DNA of 64,000 nucleotides from Candidatus Latescibacterota bacterium (GCA_965249305.1 OZ252228.1:3172284-3236283); one strand, 5' to 3'. Positions 37,297-47,368 are shown, counted from the first letter of the stretch. Numbers and translations: made by a program. The notes: a model not told the origin generated them from the letters alone.

Positions 37297-37425
37297 GGAC
37301 CAACCGGGTTGGACGGGGTGAATTGCCTGCTTCCGCTTGCCTTTTTCTGCCAAAGTCTTTATTATTTAAGCCCCTTCCCCGATTTTTGTCTCCCCGATTC
37401 TCCGACTCTATCTATTCCCACACCT

Positions 37426-38544
37426 ATGACCTTTCATCGTATTTCCCAATTCATTATCGCCCTCTGTCTGGTCTTGCTGACCGTGGGGGAACCCCCTGGA
37501 CTTTCCCTGGTCTACGAGGTCCAAAGGGGGGATTCACTGTGGTCGATTGCCCGCCTGTTCCAGATGAGCGTGAAGGAGATCAAGAAGCTCAACCGGCTCC
37601 GGACCGACCGGGTCTATCCGGGACAGGTGCTGCGTTTGGGCCCCAAGATCAAGGAGATCCCGGTCGAGAACGGACCGTATTATTTTTCCAAACCCCGGGT
37701 GGCTGCGCAGCAGAGCCGGAAGTATATCGAGCCTGCCCGTTCTCGGCCGATAGAGGATTATCGAAGCGGGCGCACGCTGCTGCAGGCGTTTGACGCAGAG
37801 ATTCGCGCCAAGGTGGCCAAAAATCGGGGGCGGCAGCCGCTGAAGGGCTGGAAGATTGTGATCGATCCCGGACACGGGGGCATCGATCCGGGCGCGATTG
37901 TGTCCAACAAAGACGGGATGGAGCGTTCGGTTTATGTGGTTGAGGATGAGTATGTGTACGATATTGCGCTGCGGGTATACGAACTTCTCCGGCTGAACGG
38001 CGCAGAGGTGGGGTTGACGATGATCAGCCCGAACCACCTGATACGCGACAACCTCCGGGCCAGCGTGACGTTCGTACACGAGCAGAACGAGGTTTATAAC
38101 GACGAGAAGATCAATCAGAAGCATGCCCGGAGCGTCCGGCCCGGCGGTCGCAATCTTTTACAGCGGGTCAAAATTGCCAACCGGTTTTTCAAGGGCGCCC
38201 GAAAAAGCAAGAGCCTTTTTATCTCGCTGCATGCAGACAACAGTCCGGAGCGGCCCAAGGGGCCGCTGGCGATTTATCTGAACCGGAAGGGGAAGATTGA
38301 CAAACGCTCCCGAACATTCGCGAAGGTGATGCAGAAGGCTCTGGACCATCCGGACCTGCCCGCGCAGATTGCAGGGCGGAACCTGGGGGTGCTTCGGAAA
38401 AATCGGGCACACGCCGAGGTTCTGGTTGAGATCCACAATGTACACGACAAAGGGGAAGCCTACAGGCTCCGCTTCCACAAAAACCGGCAGGAGGATGCCG
38501 AGCGGATTCTGAAAGGGGTTCTGGACTATGCGGCCGGGCGTTAG
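37426..38544 (+). CDS. N-acetylmuramoyl-L-alanine amidase (Amidase_3) with N-terminal LysM domain
   Basis: Signal peptide/TM ([15 protein letters not shown]). LysM domain [29 protein letters not shown]...VYPGQVLRL. Amidase_3 motif [15 protein letters not shown]. Start taken as the MTFHRI Met; the track ORF (37309) starts in upstream leader. Confidence 0.8.
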   Translation: MTFHRISQFIIALCLVLLTVGEPPGLSLVYEVQRGDSLWSIARLFQMSVKEIKKLNRLRTDRVYPGQVLRLGPKIKEIPVENGPYYFSKPRVAAQQSRKYIEPARSRPIEDYRSGRTLLQAFDAEIRAKVAKNRGRQPLKGWKIVIDPGHGGIDPGAIVSNKDGMERSVYVVEDEYVYDIALRVYELLRLNGAEVGLTMISPNHLIRDNLRASVTFVHEQNEVYNDEKINQKHARSVRPGGRNLLQRVKIANRFFKGARKSKSLFISLHADNSPERPKGPLAIYLNRKGKIDKRSRTFAKVMQKALDHPDLPAQIAGRNLGVLRKNRAHAEVLVEIHNVHDKGEAYRLRFHKNRQEDAERILKGVLDYAAGR

Positions 38545-40874
38545 GGTTTGACTTTTTCAGGCCGGGAAGGTTCCGGATCGAAGCGGCGGAGGCGGAGGGA
38601 GTTGGAGACGACGGAGACGGAGCTTATGGCCATGGCTGCCGCGGCCAGCATGGGGCCGCCGAGGGGGTTGAGCAGGCCGACGGCGGCCACGGGGATGAGG
38701 AGGGTGTTGTAGGCGAAGGCCCAGAAGAGGTTCTGGCGAATGATGCGCATGGTTTGCTTGGAGAGCCGAATCGCCGCGCCGACCCCGGTCAGGTTTCCGG
38801 ACATGAGGGTGATGTCTGCGCTTTCTTTGGCGATGTCGGTACCGGCGCCAATGGCAATGCCCACGTCGGCCCGGGCCAGGGCGGGCGCATCGTTGATGCC
38901 GTCTCCTACCATGCCGACCCCCTTCCCTTCGGCCTGAAGCTGTGCGACCCGGTTGGCTTTTTCTTCCGGCACGACGTCTGCCAGTACCCGGTCGATGCCG
39001 ACCCGGCGGGCGACCGCCTCTGCGGTTCGGGCGTTGTCGCCGGTGACTAACGCGACTTCCAGGCCCAGGTCGTGGAGGTCGGCCACCGCGTCTGCGGCTT
39101 CGGGTTTGAGGGTGTCGGCCACGCCGATCAGCCCGGCCTGTTTGCCGTCGGTTGCGATAAATATGATCGTTTTTCCTTCCTTTTCGAGCCGTTCCGCCTG
39201 TTCTGCCAATCCACTTAGAAGCACCTTCCGACCTTCCATCAATCTCCTGTTGCCCAGAAGGACGGCCAGACCCGCGATTTCTGCGGCGATGCCCTCTCCG
39301 GGGAGGGCGTCGAACGCGTGCGCCTGTTTGAGGGACAGGTTCCGTTCGGCCGCCGCATTGAGGATGGCCTGGCCCAGGGGGTGTTCCGAGCCCTGTTCGG
39401 CCGAGGCGGCCAGTACGAGCAGGTCCGTTTCGCTGAAGCCGTCGGCGGATATGAGGTCGGTGACGGCGGGGACACCGGTTGTGAGGGTGCCGGTCTTGTC
39501 GAGGATGACGGTGTTGAGCCGGTGGGCGATTTCTAAGATTTCGCCCCCTTTGATCAGGACGCCGAGTTCGGCGCCCCGGCCGGTTCCCACCATGATGGCG
39601 GTGGGGGTGGCCAGACCCATTGCGCAGGGGCAGGCGATGATAAGTACGGCGACGGTGTTAAGGAGGGCGACGGCAAGTTCGGGGCCGAGGGCCCACCATA
39701 AGGCGAAGGTGAGCAGGGAGACGCCGAAGACGATGGGCACAAAGATGCCCGCGATCCGGTCGGCGAGGCGCTGGATAGGCGCCCGGGAGCCCTGGGCCTT
39801 CCGGACCATTTGCACGATGCGGGCGAGGACGGTTTCGGATCCGACCTGTGTGGCCCGAAAGGTGAAGCTGCCGGTCCTGTTGAAGGTGGCGCCGACGATC
39901 CGGTCGCCGGGGCCTTTTTCCACGGGGATGCTTTCGCCGGTGACCATCGATTCGTCGACTGCCGAATGCCCCTCGTGGACAGTCCCGTCTACGGGGATTT
40001 TTTCTCCCGGGCGGACCCGAAGGAGGTCCCCCACGGTGACCTGTTCGACGGGGACCTCAAGGTCCTGACCGTTCTGGACGACACGGGCGATCTGCGGGCG
40101 GAGGTCCATCAGTTTCCGAATGGCGTCGGAGGCGCGCCCCCTGGCCTTAGCTTCCAGCATGCGGCCCAGGAGGATGAGGGTGATGATCATGGCCGAGGTG
40201 TCGAAGTAGACGTGGATGCCCTGACCGGTTTGGGCAAAGATATGGGGCGCAAAGGTGACGGTCGTGCTGTAACCGTAGGCGGCGAGGGTGCCCACTCCGA
40301 TGAGGCTGTTCATGTCGGCCGTTTTATGCCGAAGCGCGGTCCAGAAGCCTTTGAGGAACTGCCATCCGCACCAGAACTGGACGGGGGTGGCAAGCAGGAA
40401 GAGGAGGAGATGGATCTCCCGAGTGAGCGTATCAACGCCCAGGAGGGTGTGTACCATGCCGGCGCCCATGATGAGGGTAGAGAGGACGGCGCCCACAATA
40501 AAGCGGAGGCGAACGGCGCAGTATTCGGCCTGTTCCCGATCTTCCGATGCCTGCTCTTCCACAGCAACCGATGCCTCGTAGCCGGCGTCGGCCACAGCCT
40601 GCTTCAGAGCGTCCACGTCGATGTTGAGGTGTCGGACGGCCGCCTGGTGGGTGGCAAAGTTGACATTCGCGTCGATGACGCCGGGGACCGCTTCCAGGGC
40701 TCGTTCCACACGGGAGACGCAGGCGGCGCAGCTCATGCCTTTCACCGAGAGGGTGACTTCATTTTCCCGGACGTTGCCGGGCTTTTCGACAGCTTCAGAC
40801 ATCTGTGGCCTTTCAGGGTCTGGATCGATTTGTGATTCGCCGGCAGGAGGCGGCACCTCTGAATTCTCAATCAA
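38541..40874 (-). CDS. copA: Copper-translocating P1B-type ATPase (CopA-like) with N-terminal HMA domain
   Basis: HMA domain [15 protein letters not shown], transmembrane CPC motif ([13 protein letters not shown]), phosphorylation motif DKTGTLT, hinge motif [10 protein letters not shown]. Start may be the downstream MSEAVEKP Met (about 40802). Confidence 0.85.
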   Translation of the reverse strand: MIENSEVPPPAGESQIDPDPERPQMSEAVEKPGNVRENEVTLSVKGMSCAACVSRVERALEAVPGVIDANVNFATHQAAVRHLNIDVDALKQAVADAGYEASVAVEEQASEDREQAEYCAVRLRFIVGAVLSTLIMGAGMVHTLLGVDTLTREIHLLLFLLATPVQFWCGWQFLKGFWTALRHKTADMNSLIGVGTLAAYGYSTTVTFAPHIFAQTGQGIHVYFDTSAMIITLILLGRMLEAKARGRASDAIRKLMDLRPQIARVVQNGQDLEVPVEQVTVGDLLRVRPGEKIPVDGTVHEGHSAVDESMVTGESIPVEKGPGDRIVGATFNRTGSFTFRATQVGSETVLARIVQMVRKAQGSRAPIQRLADRIAGIFVPIVFGVSLLTFALWWALGPELAVALLNTVAVLIIACPCAMGLATPTAIMVGTGRGAELGVLIKGGEILEIAHRLNTVILDKTGTLTTGVPAVTDLISADGFSETDLLVLAASAEQGSEHPLGQAILNAAAERNLSLKQAHAFDALPGEGIAAEIAGLAVLLGNRRLMEGRKVLLSGLAEQAERLEKEGKTIIFIATDGKQAGLIGVADTLKPEAADAVADLHDLGLEVALVTGDNARTAEAVARRVGIDRVLADVVPEEKANRVAQLQAEGKGVGMVGDGINDAPALARADVGIAIGAGTDIAKESADITLMSGNLTGVGAAIRLSKQTMRIIRQNLFWAFAYNTLLIPVAAVGLLNPLGGPMLAAAAMAISSVSVVSNSLRLRRFDPEPSRPEKVKP

Positions 40875-40925
40875 ATATAGCGCATTTTTCTACGGGTGCC
40901 AACCGCCGGGAGTTAGGGAAGTAGA

Positions 40926-43343
40926 TTATTGGTTTAACGACTCTCCTTCTTCAAGTACTTGCTCCAGGAGATCGCGTTCTTCGGCAGGGAGCTTTAATAA
41001 GATACGTGGATCCTGTGTCTCCCGGTAGCGGACAGTGGCATTCAGAAGGCGGAGCGGAAGTTGAAACTCTTTGTAGTCGCCAGCAAGTTCCTGCCACAGA
41101 CTTAGCCATTTCTTTGCTGCCGAATCACTGATCATTTTAGATGTTAAAACTGATATGCTCAGTACCAATGCATGTCCTAATGCTGAGAGGGCCTTATGTT
41201 TAGCGTAAAGCTTTATTAATTTTTCAGAACGTATTCGCCAGCTCAGGTAATCAATTCTTAAAAATATAGCGGCGAGAACCTCGTTTGTATCACTTAAATA
41301 GAGTTCGTCTGCATAAGCACAGCGTTGAAGCGCATCGTCTAAGGCTGTAATACCTTCATCCCAGCGGTCTAGTATTAGGAGTAATTCACTACGGTGGAGA
41401 AATGAATGCGGAGATTTGTCGTCCAATTCGATTGCCTTTTCAAAGGATGCCAATGCCTTCTTGTAGTGTTTCAATTTGCTTAGAACTAGGCCCTGCAAAG
41501 ACCAAGCTATAGCTTTCTTAGGTTCAAGTTCTATTACCTTCTTGAAATCTCTCAATGCTTCTTCATATCGTCTGAGGAGGAATAATGCTGACCCTCGCAT
41601 AAACCATACGTCATTTATCTTAAGTTCGATTGCTTTATCAAAAGCTCCTAGTGCGTCTTCATGACGTCTGATTTTGAATAGTACTATACCTCTGCTCCTC
41701 CAACCTAAAGCGCAATTTGAATCAAGTTCAATTACTTTGTCGAAAGAGGCCAATGCCTCCTTCAGGTGTCCAAGATCATGCAATGTTTCTCCCCTAAGAC
41801 CCCAAATATGTAGATTATTAGGATTTAGCTCAATTGCTTTATCGAAAGACTTTAGCGCTTCTTCAAAACGCTCGAGCTTTACTAGACAAAATCCTTTCCT
41901 AGCCCAGTCCACATCGTGACCGCGAATTGCTATTAGTTCATCAGCTATTCCTATGCCGTGTACAAGGTCTTCAGCCTTCTCAAAGGCTTCGAAGTCCCTT
42001 AGACACGCTGTCATACGAGGATCCTCCGTTTCCTCTTCAGTTGCCTTTAGCGCATGGAGCAGATATTCTCGTTCTAGCGCAGCCTCCGGCTGGGCCATGT
42101 CTAAAAGCTGTTGTAACTCATCTCGTGAATGCCAGAACCGTAAAAAGTCTACCAGCAACCTGATCGGCTCACCTCTGTTTTTTTTGATCTCGATACTGAG
42201 GCGCATCAGTGGTTCCTGGAGTTCGTAATATGATTCGCGTCCGACAGCCGAGGATCGAACATAGCCCATATCCCGCAGGCTTTTGAGTTGGCTGGAGGCC
42301 GTCTGATGGGTCGTGAAACATCGTTTTGCGATCTCTTTGACGGAGACGGCATAGCGGCAGTCACAGAGGAACTCCACAATCTTTCGCTGCTGGAGAGAGA
42401 GCCACTTCATTCGTGCCTGGTAGTAGGGCGTCAATTCATCCAGTGTCTGTAGAAGCGGTTCAACAAGCTCATTTAGTGACTGTCGATTTAGAAAATCTGA
42501 AAAGATAACATAGACACGGTGATTACCGCCTGCAAGGTGATGGACGGCACGGATACGAGCACGGCCGATTGGCTTCTGAATGAATGAGACCAATTCCTGA
42601 TCGTTTTCACGCTTGGCGACTTTTGTCAAAAGGTCTATGGCTTCATCGATCCCCAATTTCTGCAAATGGTGGATACGGAAGAAACCATAAAAGGGTGAAG
42701 TTTGAAGTGATATACCATTAAAAAGGCTCTGGGAGGTTGCGAGAATTGTACAAAACGGATTCTCCTGAAGATAGGCACGCAGACGTTTTTGACCTTCATC
42801 TCCCAGCCCTGCGAATAGATCATCCAGATTCTCTATCAGGAGGAGGAGCGTGCGGTCGCCAGTGAAATTTTTCAATAACTCTGCTGCTGCGTGTTCGGCG
42901 GCTTCGGGTGACAGTTCGTAGAGTATCTCAATCTGTTCAGTAAGTTCGGGATCGTTGTATTCCTCCTGTAGCGCCCGGAGAATACGCAGCAGGAGGTCCA
43001 GGAAGGATGAGATGCCCCACTCTTCTTCGCGCAGCCAGGCGATGAGCAGATGGTCGTGCAGGTCTTCCAGCTTTTGAATGCGGTGATAGGTGAGTGCGAT
43101 CAGATGAGTTTTGCCGATGCCTCGGGGGCCGATAAGCAGTGTATGATGTTTTGAGGACGTGAGGGCACTTTCCTTAATCAGTTCGACAAGGCGTTGGGCC
43201 AGATCCTCACGCTGGACGAAAATGGCTTCAAGATCCTCGGGTTTCATCAGGCTGGGTGTGAAGTGAGAAAGGAAAGTGGGTTTCATGATGTTAAACCTCT
43301 GTGAAATTTCCAGCAGCGCTGGATGAGGGGAAAACGGAAACAA
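40926..43343 (-). CDS. AAA/STAND-like ATPase + winged helix + C-terminal TPR repeats (805 aa), low-GC island
   Basis: Walker A LLIGPRGIGKTHL, Walker B LLLLIENLDDLF, a wHTH (KIVEFLCDCRYAVSVKEIAKRC...QLKSLRDMGYV), then at least 6 TPR-like repeats (...ALKSFDKAIELNPNN..., ...ALASFDKVIELDSN..., ...ALRDFKKVIELEPKK..., ...ALASFEKAIELDDK...). It overlaps the upstream ATPase gene by 61 nt. Confidence 0.7.
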   Translation of the reverse strand: MFPFSPHPALLEISQRFNIMKPTFLSHFTPSLMKPEDLEAIFVQREDLAQRLVELIKESALTSSKHHTLLIGPRGIGKTHLIALTYHRIQKLEDLHDHLLIAWLREEEWGISSFLDLLLRILRALQEEYNDPELTEQIEILYELSPEAAEHAAAELLKNFTGDRTLLLLIENLDDLFAGLGDEGQKRLRAYLQENPFCTILATSQSLFNGISLQTSPFYGFFRIHHLQKLGIDEAIDLLTKVAKRENDQELVSFIQKPIGRARIRAVHHLAGGNHRVYVIFSDFLNRQSLNELVEPLLQTLDELTPYYQARMKWLSLQQRKIVEFLCDCRYAVSVKEIAKRCFTTHQTASSQLKSLRDMGYVRSSAVGRESYYELQEPLMRLSIEIKKNRGEPIRLLVDFLRFWHSRDELQQLLDMAQPEAALEREYLLHALKATEEETEDPRMTACLRDFEAFEKAEDLVHGIGIADELIAIRGHDVDWARKGFCLVKLERFEEALKSFDKAIELNPNNLHIWGLRGETLHDLGHLKEALASFDKVIELDSNCALGWRSRGIVLFKIRRHEDALGAFDKAIELKINDVWFMRGSALFLLRRYEEALRDFKKVIELEPKKAIAWSLQGLVLSKLKHYKKALASFEKAIELDDKSPHSFLHRSELLLILDRWDEGITALDDALQRCAYADELYLSDTNEVLAAIFLRIDYLSWRIRSEKLIKLYAKHKALSALGHALVLSISVLTSKMISDSAAKKWLSLWQELAGDYKEFQLPLRLLNATVRYRETQDPRILLKLPAEERDLLEQVLEEGESLNQ

Positions 43344-44527
43344 AATGCTCCATTGGCTTGCTGCACAAGATAGTGATCTCGCTGAAGCATCGTTAATACG
43401 TCCCGTGCCATCTCGCTGTCTTCGGTCTCTATACGCGATTTGAGCAGGTTGAATACATCATCGAATGATAAGGGCCGATCGGTGGTGGACAAAATATCCA
43501 ATAAGTTCAGAGCAAACGGACGCTCGTCAGGTGCATAGTAGGTGTTAATCCGATCCCGATAGTATCGCAGGTTCCAGGCGTCCTGGGGGTCTCTAAGACA
43601 GGCGTCAACGATTTCACTCACGGTTGTTTCGTTTGTGACACTGCCGCGTTGAACGATCTGATCGATGAGATGGTGGATGAAGTAAGGGATACCGTCCACA
43701 CTGTTTGCAACTGCGCGTGCCATTGCTTGTGGATTGTCCGTTTGGATGCTTTCGCCTTCCAACAACCGATGGGCTAACTCCTGGGCATCGGCAGGTGATA
43801 GGGGTGGGATCTCTACGGTGTTCATGTCGTTGGTTGGAGCGTTCGCATACCCTGCCTGTCTGAGAGAGGCGAGGATATTGTGCAGGCCGATAGACCCCGT
43901 GAAAACCATTCTTAAGTCGGGGTGCATCTGGCGTAGGGACCGCAGGATATCCAGAACTTCCATTGCCGCGTTTTCGTCAGCCTGCTGTTTGATGTTATAG
44001 AGCATCAAAGGCATTTCGTCCCAGAAGAAGGTCACGGTGCGATCCTGGTGCTCGACAAGGTCTTCGATTGTCTCGGTTAACAGATTTTTCCAATGGGGAG
44101 CGGTGATATCTGGAAACTTGAACCCCTGAAATTCTGCGCCGCTGAGTTGTGCCAATAAGTGGCGTGTTCGCTCCGCAGTCCGCTTCAAGCCACTCAAGTA
44201 GTGCTCGACATCCCGGAAAATAATTTCGACAAATTCCAGTGAGGTGCGTACACCTTCCAGATCGTGGTAGAAGGTGAGTTTGTCCTCTGAAGCCTCGTTT
44301 ACCATCTTCTTGATAGCACAGGTTTTCCCAATTCGGCGCTCTGCGCTGAGGACGAGGCTTTGCCGCTCCAGAATGCGCCACAGATTTTGAATCAATTTGT
44401 CTCTTCCGATGACTTCAGATGGATCGATTTGTCCGCCTGGATTCGTCCTCATATTGTCACCTGTTTTATAATACGTTCGTTTATTTATACGTTGAATTTT
44501 ATTTACGTTAAAATTGACGTATTTCAT
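43283..44527 (-). CDS. Arch_ATPase-type (PF01637-like) AAA ATPase with C-terminal wHTH/DUF234-like region (414 aa; likely start at the MRTNPGG Met, about 44452)
   Basis: IGRD..I..L......S.VLSAERRIGKTCAIKKM (the RRxGKT Walker A typical of this family), Walker B TFFWDEMP, and C-terminal ...FNLLKSR...VLTMLQRDHYL (wHTH-like). An AGGTGA RBS lies 6 nt before ATG 44452. The DNA is low-GC. Confidence 0.7.
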   Translation of the reverse strand: MKYVNFNVNKIQRINKRTYYKTGDNMRTNPGGQIDPSEVIGRDKLIQNLWRILERQSLVLSAERRIGKTCAIKKMVNEASEDKLTFYHDLEGVRTSLEFVEIIFRDVEHYLSGLKRTAERTRHLLAQLSGAEFQGFKFPDITAPHWKNLLTETIEDLVEHQDRTVTFFWDEMPLMLYNIKQQADENAAMEVLDILRSLRQMHPDLRMVFTGSIGLHNILASLRQAGYANAPTNDMNTVEIPPLSPADAQELAHRLLEGESIQTDNPQAMARAVANSVDGIPYFIHHLIDQIVQRGSVTNETTVSEIVDACLRDPQDAWNLRYYRDRINTYYAPDERPFALNLLDILSTTDRPLSFDDVFNLLKSRIETEDSEMARDVLTMLQRDHYLVQQANGAFCFRFPLIQRCWKFHRGLTS

Positions 44528-44533
44528 AATTGC

Positions 44534-44562
44534 AATTTAAGTCAAAATTGATGTCTTGTCAA
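44534..44562 (-). promoter_or_regulatory. Candidate sigma-70-like promoter for the ATPase pair (TTGACA-17 nt-TAAATT on the minus strand)
   Basis: Reverse complement of 44557..44562 is TTGACA, and of 44534..44539 is TAAATT, with a 17-nt spacer. It sits in an AT-rich leader upstream of 44527. Confidence 0.3.
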
Positions 44563-44636
44563 TAGAATGTTAGCCTATGTCGATAAAAATATACATAAAC
44601 ATTTGTATTTATAGAAGATTAAGATTGAAACAGATT

Positions 44637-45389
44637 TCAGGATCGAATACGAAGCCGGAGGATTTCGTCGCAGAGGGCGTCGTATTCGTGGGCGCCTCTG
44701 GAGCTTCGGGCAAAGTGGGTGATGGGTTTGGCGGCGAGGTTGGCCTGGTTGAGGGCTTCGCTTTTGGAGATGACGGTTTTGAGGAGGCGGCGTTTGTGTT
44801 CGTCTAAGAGCTCTTCGACAATGGCGTTGGTGCGGGTTGTGCGCATGTCGAACATGGTGACGAGGATGCGGTAGGGGACGTTGTCTTCGTCGCGGAGTTC
44901 CCCGGCGGTTTCCAGGAGGGCGCCGAGACCGACCACGGCGCCGACGCCGGGCTGGACGGGGACGATGAGAAGGTCTGCCGCGATCATGGCGTTGTAAGAG
45001 AGGATGCCGAGTACGGGGGGGCAGTCCAGAACGATGTGCTGGTAGTCTTCTGCCAGGTGTTCCAGCGCACGCCACAGGCGCTCTTCTCGCCGGATTCGGG
45101 TGGAGAGGAGTTCGGAGGTTTCGGTGAGTCCGGGCGTGGCCGGTACAATGTCGAGGTTGGGAATTTCGGTGGGGGAGACCGCCCGGGCCGCCTGGGAGGG
45201 CCGTTCCATGATGAGGTCGCTGACGTCCCGTTCGGGTTCTTCCTCTAAGAAGCAGCGGGTGGCGTGCGCCTGGGGGTCCAGGTCGACCAGCAGGGTCCGG
45301 CGGCCCCTGTCGGCGAGTGTGGCTGATAGATTGACGGCGGTGGTGGTTTTGCCGACGCCACCCTTGCTGTTGGTGATGGCGAGGATCAT
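44637..45389 (-). CDS. parA: ParA/MinD-family P-loop ATPase (orphan ParA)
   Basis: Deviant Walker A MILAITNSKGGVGKTTTAVNLS directly at the N-terminus. GGGAGCC RBS. The 290/409-aa track ORFs extend into GC-rich upstream DNA and are not the gene. Confidence 0.8.
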   Translation of the reverse strand: MILAITNSKGGVGKTTTAVNLSATLADRGRRTLLVDLDPQAHATRCFLEEEPERDVSDLIMERPSQAARAVSPTEIPNLDIVPATPGLTETSELLSTRIRREERLWRALEHLAEDYQHIVLDCPPVLGILSYNAMIAADLLIVPVQPGVGAVVGLGALLETAGELRDEDNVPYRILVTMFDMRTTRTNAIVEELLDEHKRRLLKTVISKSEALNQANLAAKPITHFARSSRGAHEYDALCDEILRLRIRS

Positions 45390-45537
45390 GGTTGGCTCCC
45401 GGGTATAGGTTGAAAGAATGCGAAAATTTCTGTATGTGCGACATCCTGGGCACGACCGGAGGTCGCAGCGCCAGAGACATAACATAATCTGCAAATTTTG
45501 GCAGGTCAACTAAAAATACCAGGGCCTCAATAGATAC

Positions 45538-45590
45538 AGCGGCCCAAACGCCCGGGACTCTCTTCGGGAGAGGCCCCGACGTTTGGGGTT
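45538..45590. other. Extended GC-rich stem-loop with a C(UUCG)G tetraloop in the parA / tldD-like divergent intergenic region
   Basis: GGCCCAAACGCCCGGGACTCTCTTCGGGAGAGGCCCCGACGTTTGGGG. The outer stem CCCAAACG/CGTTTGGG encloses an inner stem closed by CTTCGG. Confidence 0.4.
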
Positions 45591-45676
45591 GACATCTACT
45601 CATTAAACATACATTTTTCATCAGATGAGAGGATATTTGTGTTCTATTTTGGCAAAATGGTGAAGGAGGAGGCTCG

Positions 45677-47368
45677 ATGAGGCTGCGCCAGTGGTTGCTC
45701 TGCTTCTGTACAGCCCTGATTGTGGCCGCCCCTGCCGGGGCGCAGGAGACAGGCCGTCCGCCGGTTCTCCAGGCGATGAAGGAGGAACTGTCTCGCTCTC
45801 TCAAAATTTTGGGAGAACAGCCGACGCCGCCCTACTTCCTCAGCTACGAGATCACGCAGATCCACTCGGCGGGCGCTTCCGGGTCTTTCGGCACCGTTGT
45901 TTCCAGCGGCGAGAACCGCAGCCGCCAGTTGGATATCGACCTGCGGGTGGGCGATTACACGATGGACAATACGCACCCGGTCCGCGGCAGATTCCGTCGT
46001 TTTGGCCGCCGGTTTTCTTTTGTTCAGGTCCCGCTGGATGACGATCCGGACGCGATTCGGGGCATTCTCTGGTTTTATACCGATCAGAAATACAAGCAGG
46101 CGGTGGAGCAGCTGACCCGGGTGAAGACCAACGTTCGGGTGACGGTGGAGCAGGAGGACCGGTCGGACGATTTCTCACGGGAGGCGTCGGAAACCTACAC
46201 GGAGACGCCGCTGCAGATCGCCGTGGACCTGGGCGCGTGGGAGGAGAAGGTGAGAAAGTACAGCGCGCCTTTTGCCGGGCACAGCGAGATCTACCAGGCC
46301 AGGGCGTCGATTAGCGCGACTGCGGAAACGCGCTGGTTTGTGGACAGCGGGGGGGCGGAGGTCCAGACGTCGAAGACGCATTATCGCCTGACGATTATCG
46401 CCTTTACAAAGGCGGACGACGGTATGGAGCTTCCGCGCTACGAGTCGTTTTTCGCCTTTACGCCCGAGGGCCTTCCGGAGGATGAGGCGGTGCTTCAGGC
46501 GGTGGACCGGATGATTGCGGACCTGAAGGCGCTTCGCACCGCGCCGATTGTTGAGCCCTACACCGGCCCGGCGATTCTGTCGGGCAGGGCCAGCGGCGTG
46601 TTTTTTCACGAGGTGTTCGGGCACCGCATTGAGGGGCACCGGCAGAAGCGTGAGGAGGAAGGGCAGACGTTTAAGAAGAAGGTGGACGAGAAGATTCTGC
46701 CCGAGGCCTTTTCGGTCTTTTTCGATCCGACCCTGCGCCGGTTGGGGGAGACGGATCTGGTGGGAGCGTACCGGTACGACAACCAGGGGGTCAGGGCCCG
46801 GCGGGTGGATGTGATCGAGGAGGGGGTGTTCAGACGTTTTCTGATGTCCCGGTCTCCGATCGAGGGGTTTCCCAACTCGAATGGACACGGCCGAAAACAG
46901 CCGGGATACGGGCCGGTGGCGCGGCAGTCGAATTTGATCGTGGAGGTGTCCGAATCGGTGTCGCGTGCAAGGTTGAAGCAGATGCTTATTGCGCAGATGA
47001 AGCGAGAGAACAAGCCGTTCGGCCTTTTCTTTGAAGATATCCAGGGCGGATTTACGATTACGGGGCGTACGATCCCAAACGCCTTCAATGTGCTGCCGAT
47101 TATGGTCTACCGCATCACCCCCGACGGGGAGGAGGAGCTGGTGCGCGGCGTGGATCTGATTGGAACGCCGCTTACGGCTTTTAGCATGATTTCGGCCGCG
47201 GATAATGAGGTGGAGGTGTTCAACGGGGTCTGCGGCGCGGAATCGGGGGGTGTGCCGGTCTCGGCGGTATCGCCCGGGATTCTGATTTCGCAAATCGAGG
47301 TGCAGAAGAAGGAGAAGTCCCAGGCGCGGCCTCCGATCCTGCCCCCGCCATTTGAGAATCATCCGTAA
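45677..47368 (+). CDS. Secreted TldD/PmbA-family (peptidase U62) metalloprotease-like protein, paralog 1
   Basis: Signal peptide MRLRQWLLCFCTALIVAAPAGAQE. HExxxGH motif (FHEVFGHRIEGH). C-terminal Gly-rich region (...NGHGRKQPGYGPVARQSNL...) typical of the TldD/TldE family. Confidence 0.7.
   Translation: MRLRQWLLCFCTALIVAAPAGAQETGRPPVLQAMKEELSRSLKILGEQPTPPYFLSYEITQIHSAGASGSFGTVVSSGENRSRQLDIDLRVGDYTMDNTHPVRGRFRRFGRRFSFVQVPLDDDPDAIRGILWFYTDQKYKQAVEQLTRVKTNVRVTVEQEDRSDDFSREASETYTETPLQIAVDLGAWEEKVRKYSAPFAGHSEIYQARASISATAETRWFVDSGGAEVQTSKTHYRLTIIAFTKADDGMELPRYESFFAFTPEGLPEDEAVLQAVDRMIADLKALRTAPIVEPYTGPAILSGRASGVFFHEVFGHRIEGHRQKREEEGQTFKKKVDEKILPEAFSVFFDPTLRRLGETDLVGAYRYDNQGVRARRVDVIEEGVFRRFLMSRSPIEGFPNSNGHGRKQPGYGPVARQSNLIVEVSESVSRARLKQMLIAQMKRENKPFGLFFEDIQGGFTITGRTIPNAFNVLPIMVYRITPDGEEELVRGVDLIGTPLTAFSMISAADNEVEVFNGVCGAESGGVPVSAVSPGILISQIEVQKKEKSQARPPILPPPFENHP

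Noticed and set aside
44575-45804. 409-aa minus-strand ORF (and the 290-aa version) spanning parA and its upstream region
   Set aside because: The ORF is Arg/Pro-rich low-complexity translation in GC-rich DNA, from an alternative frame. The real gene is the ParA frame starting at the Walker-A Met (45389) with an RBS.
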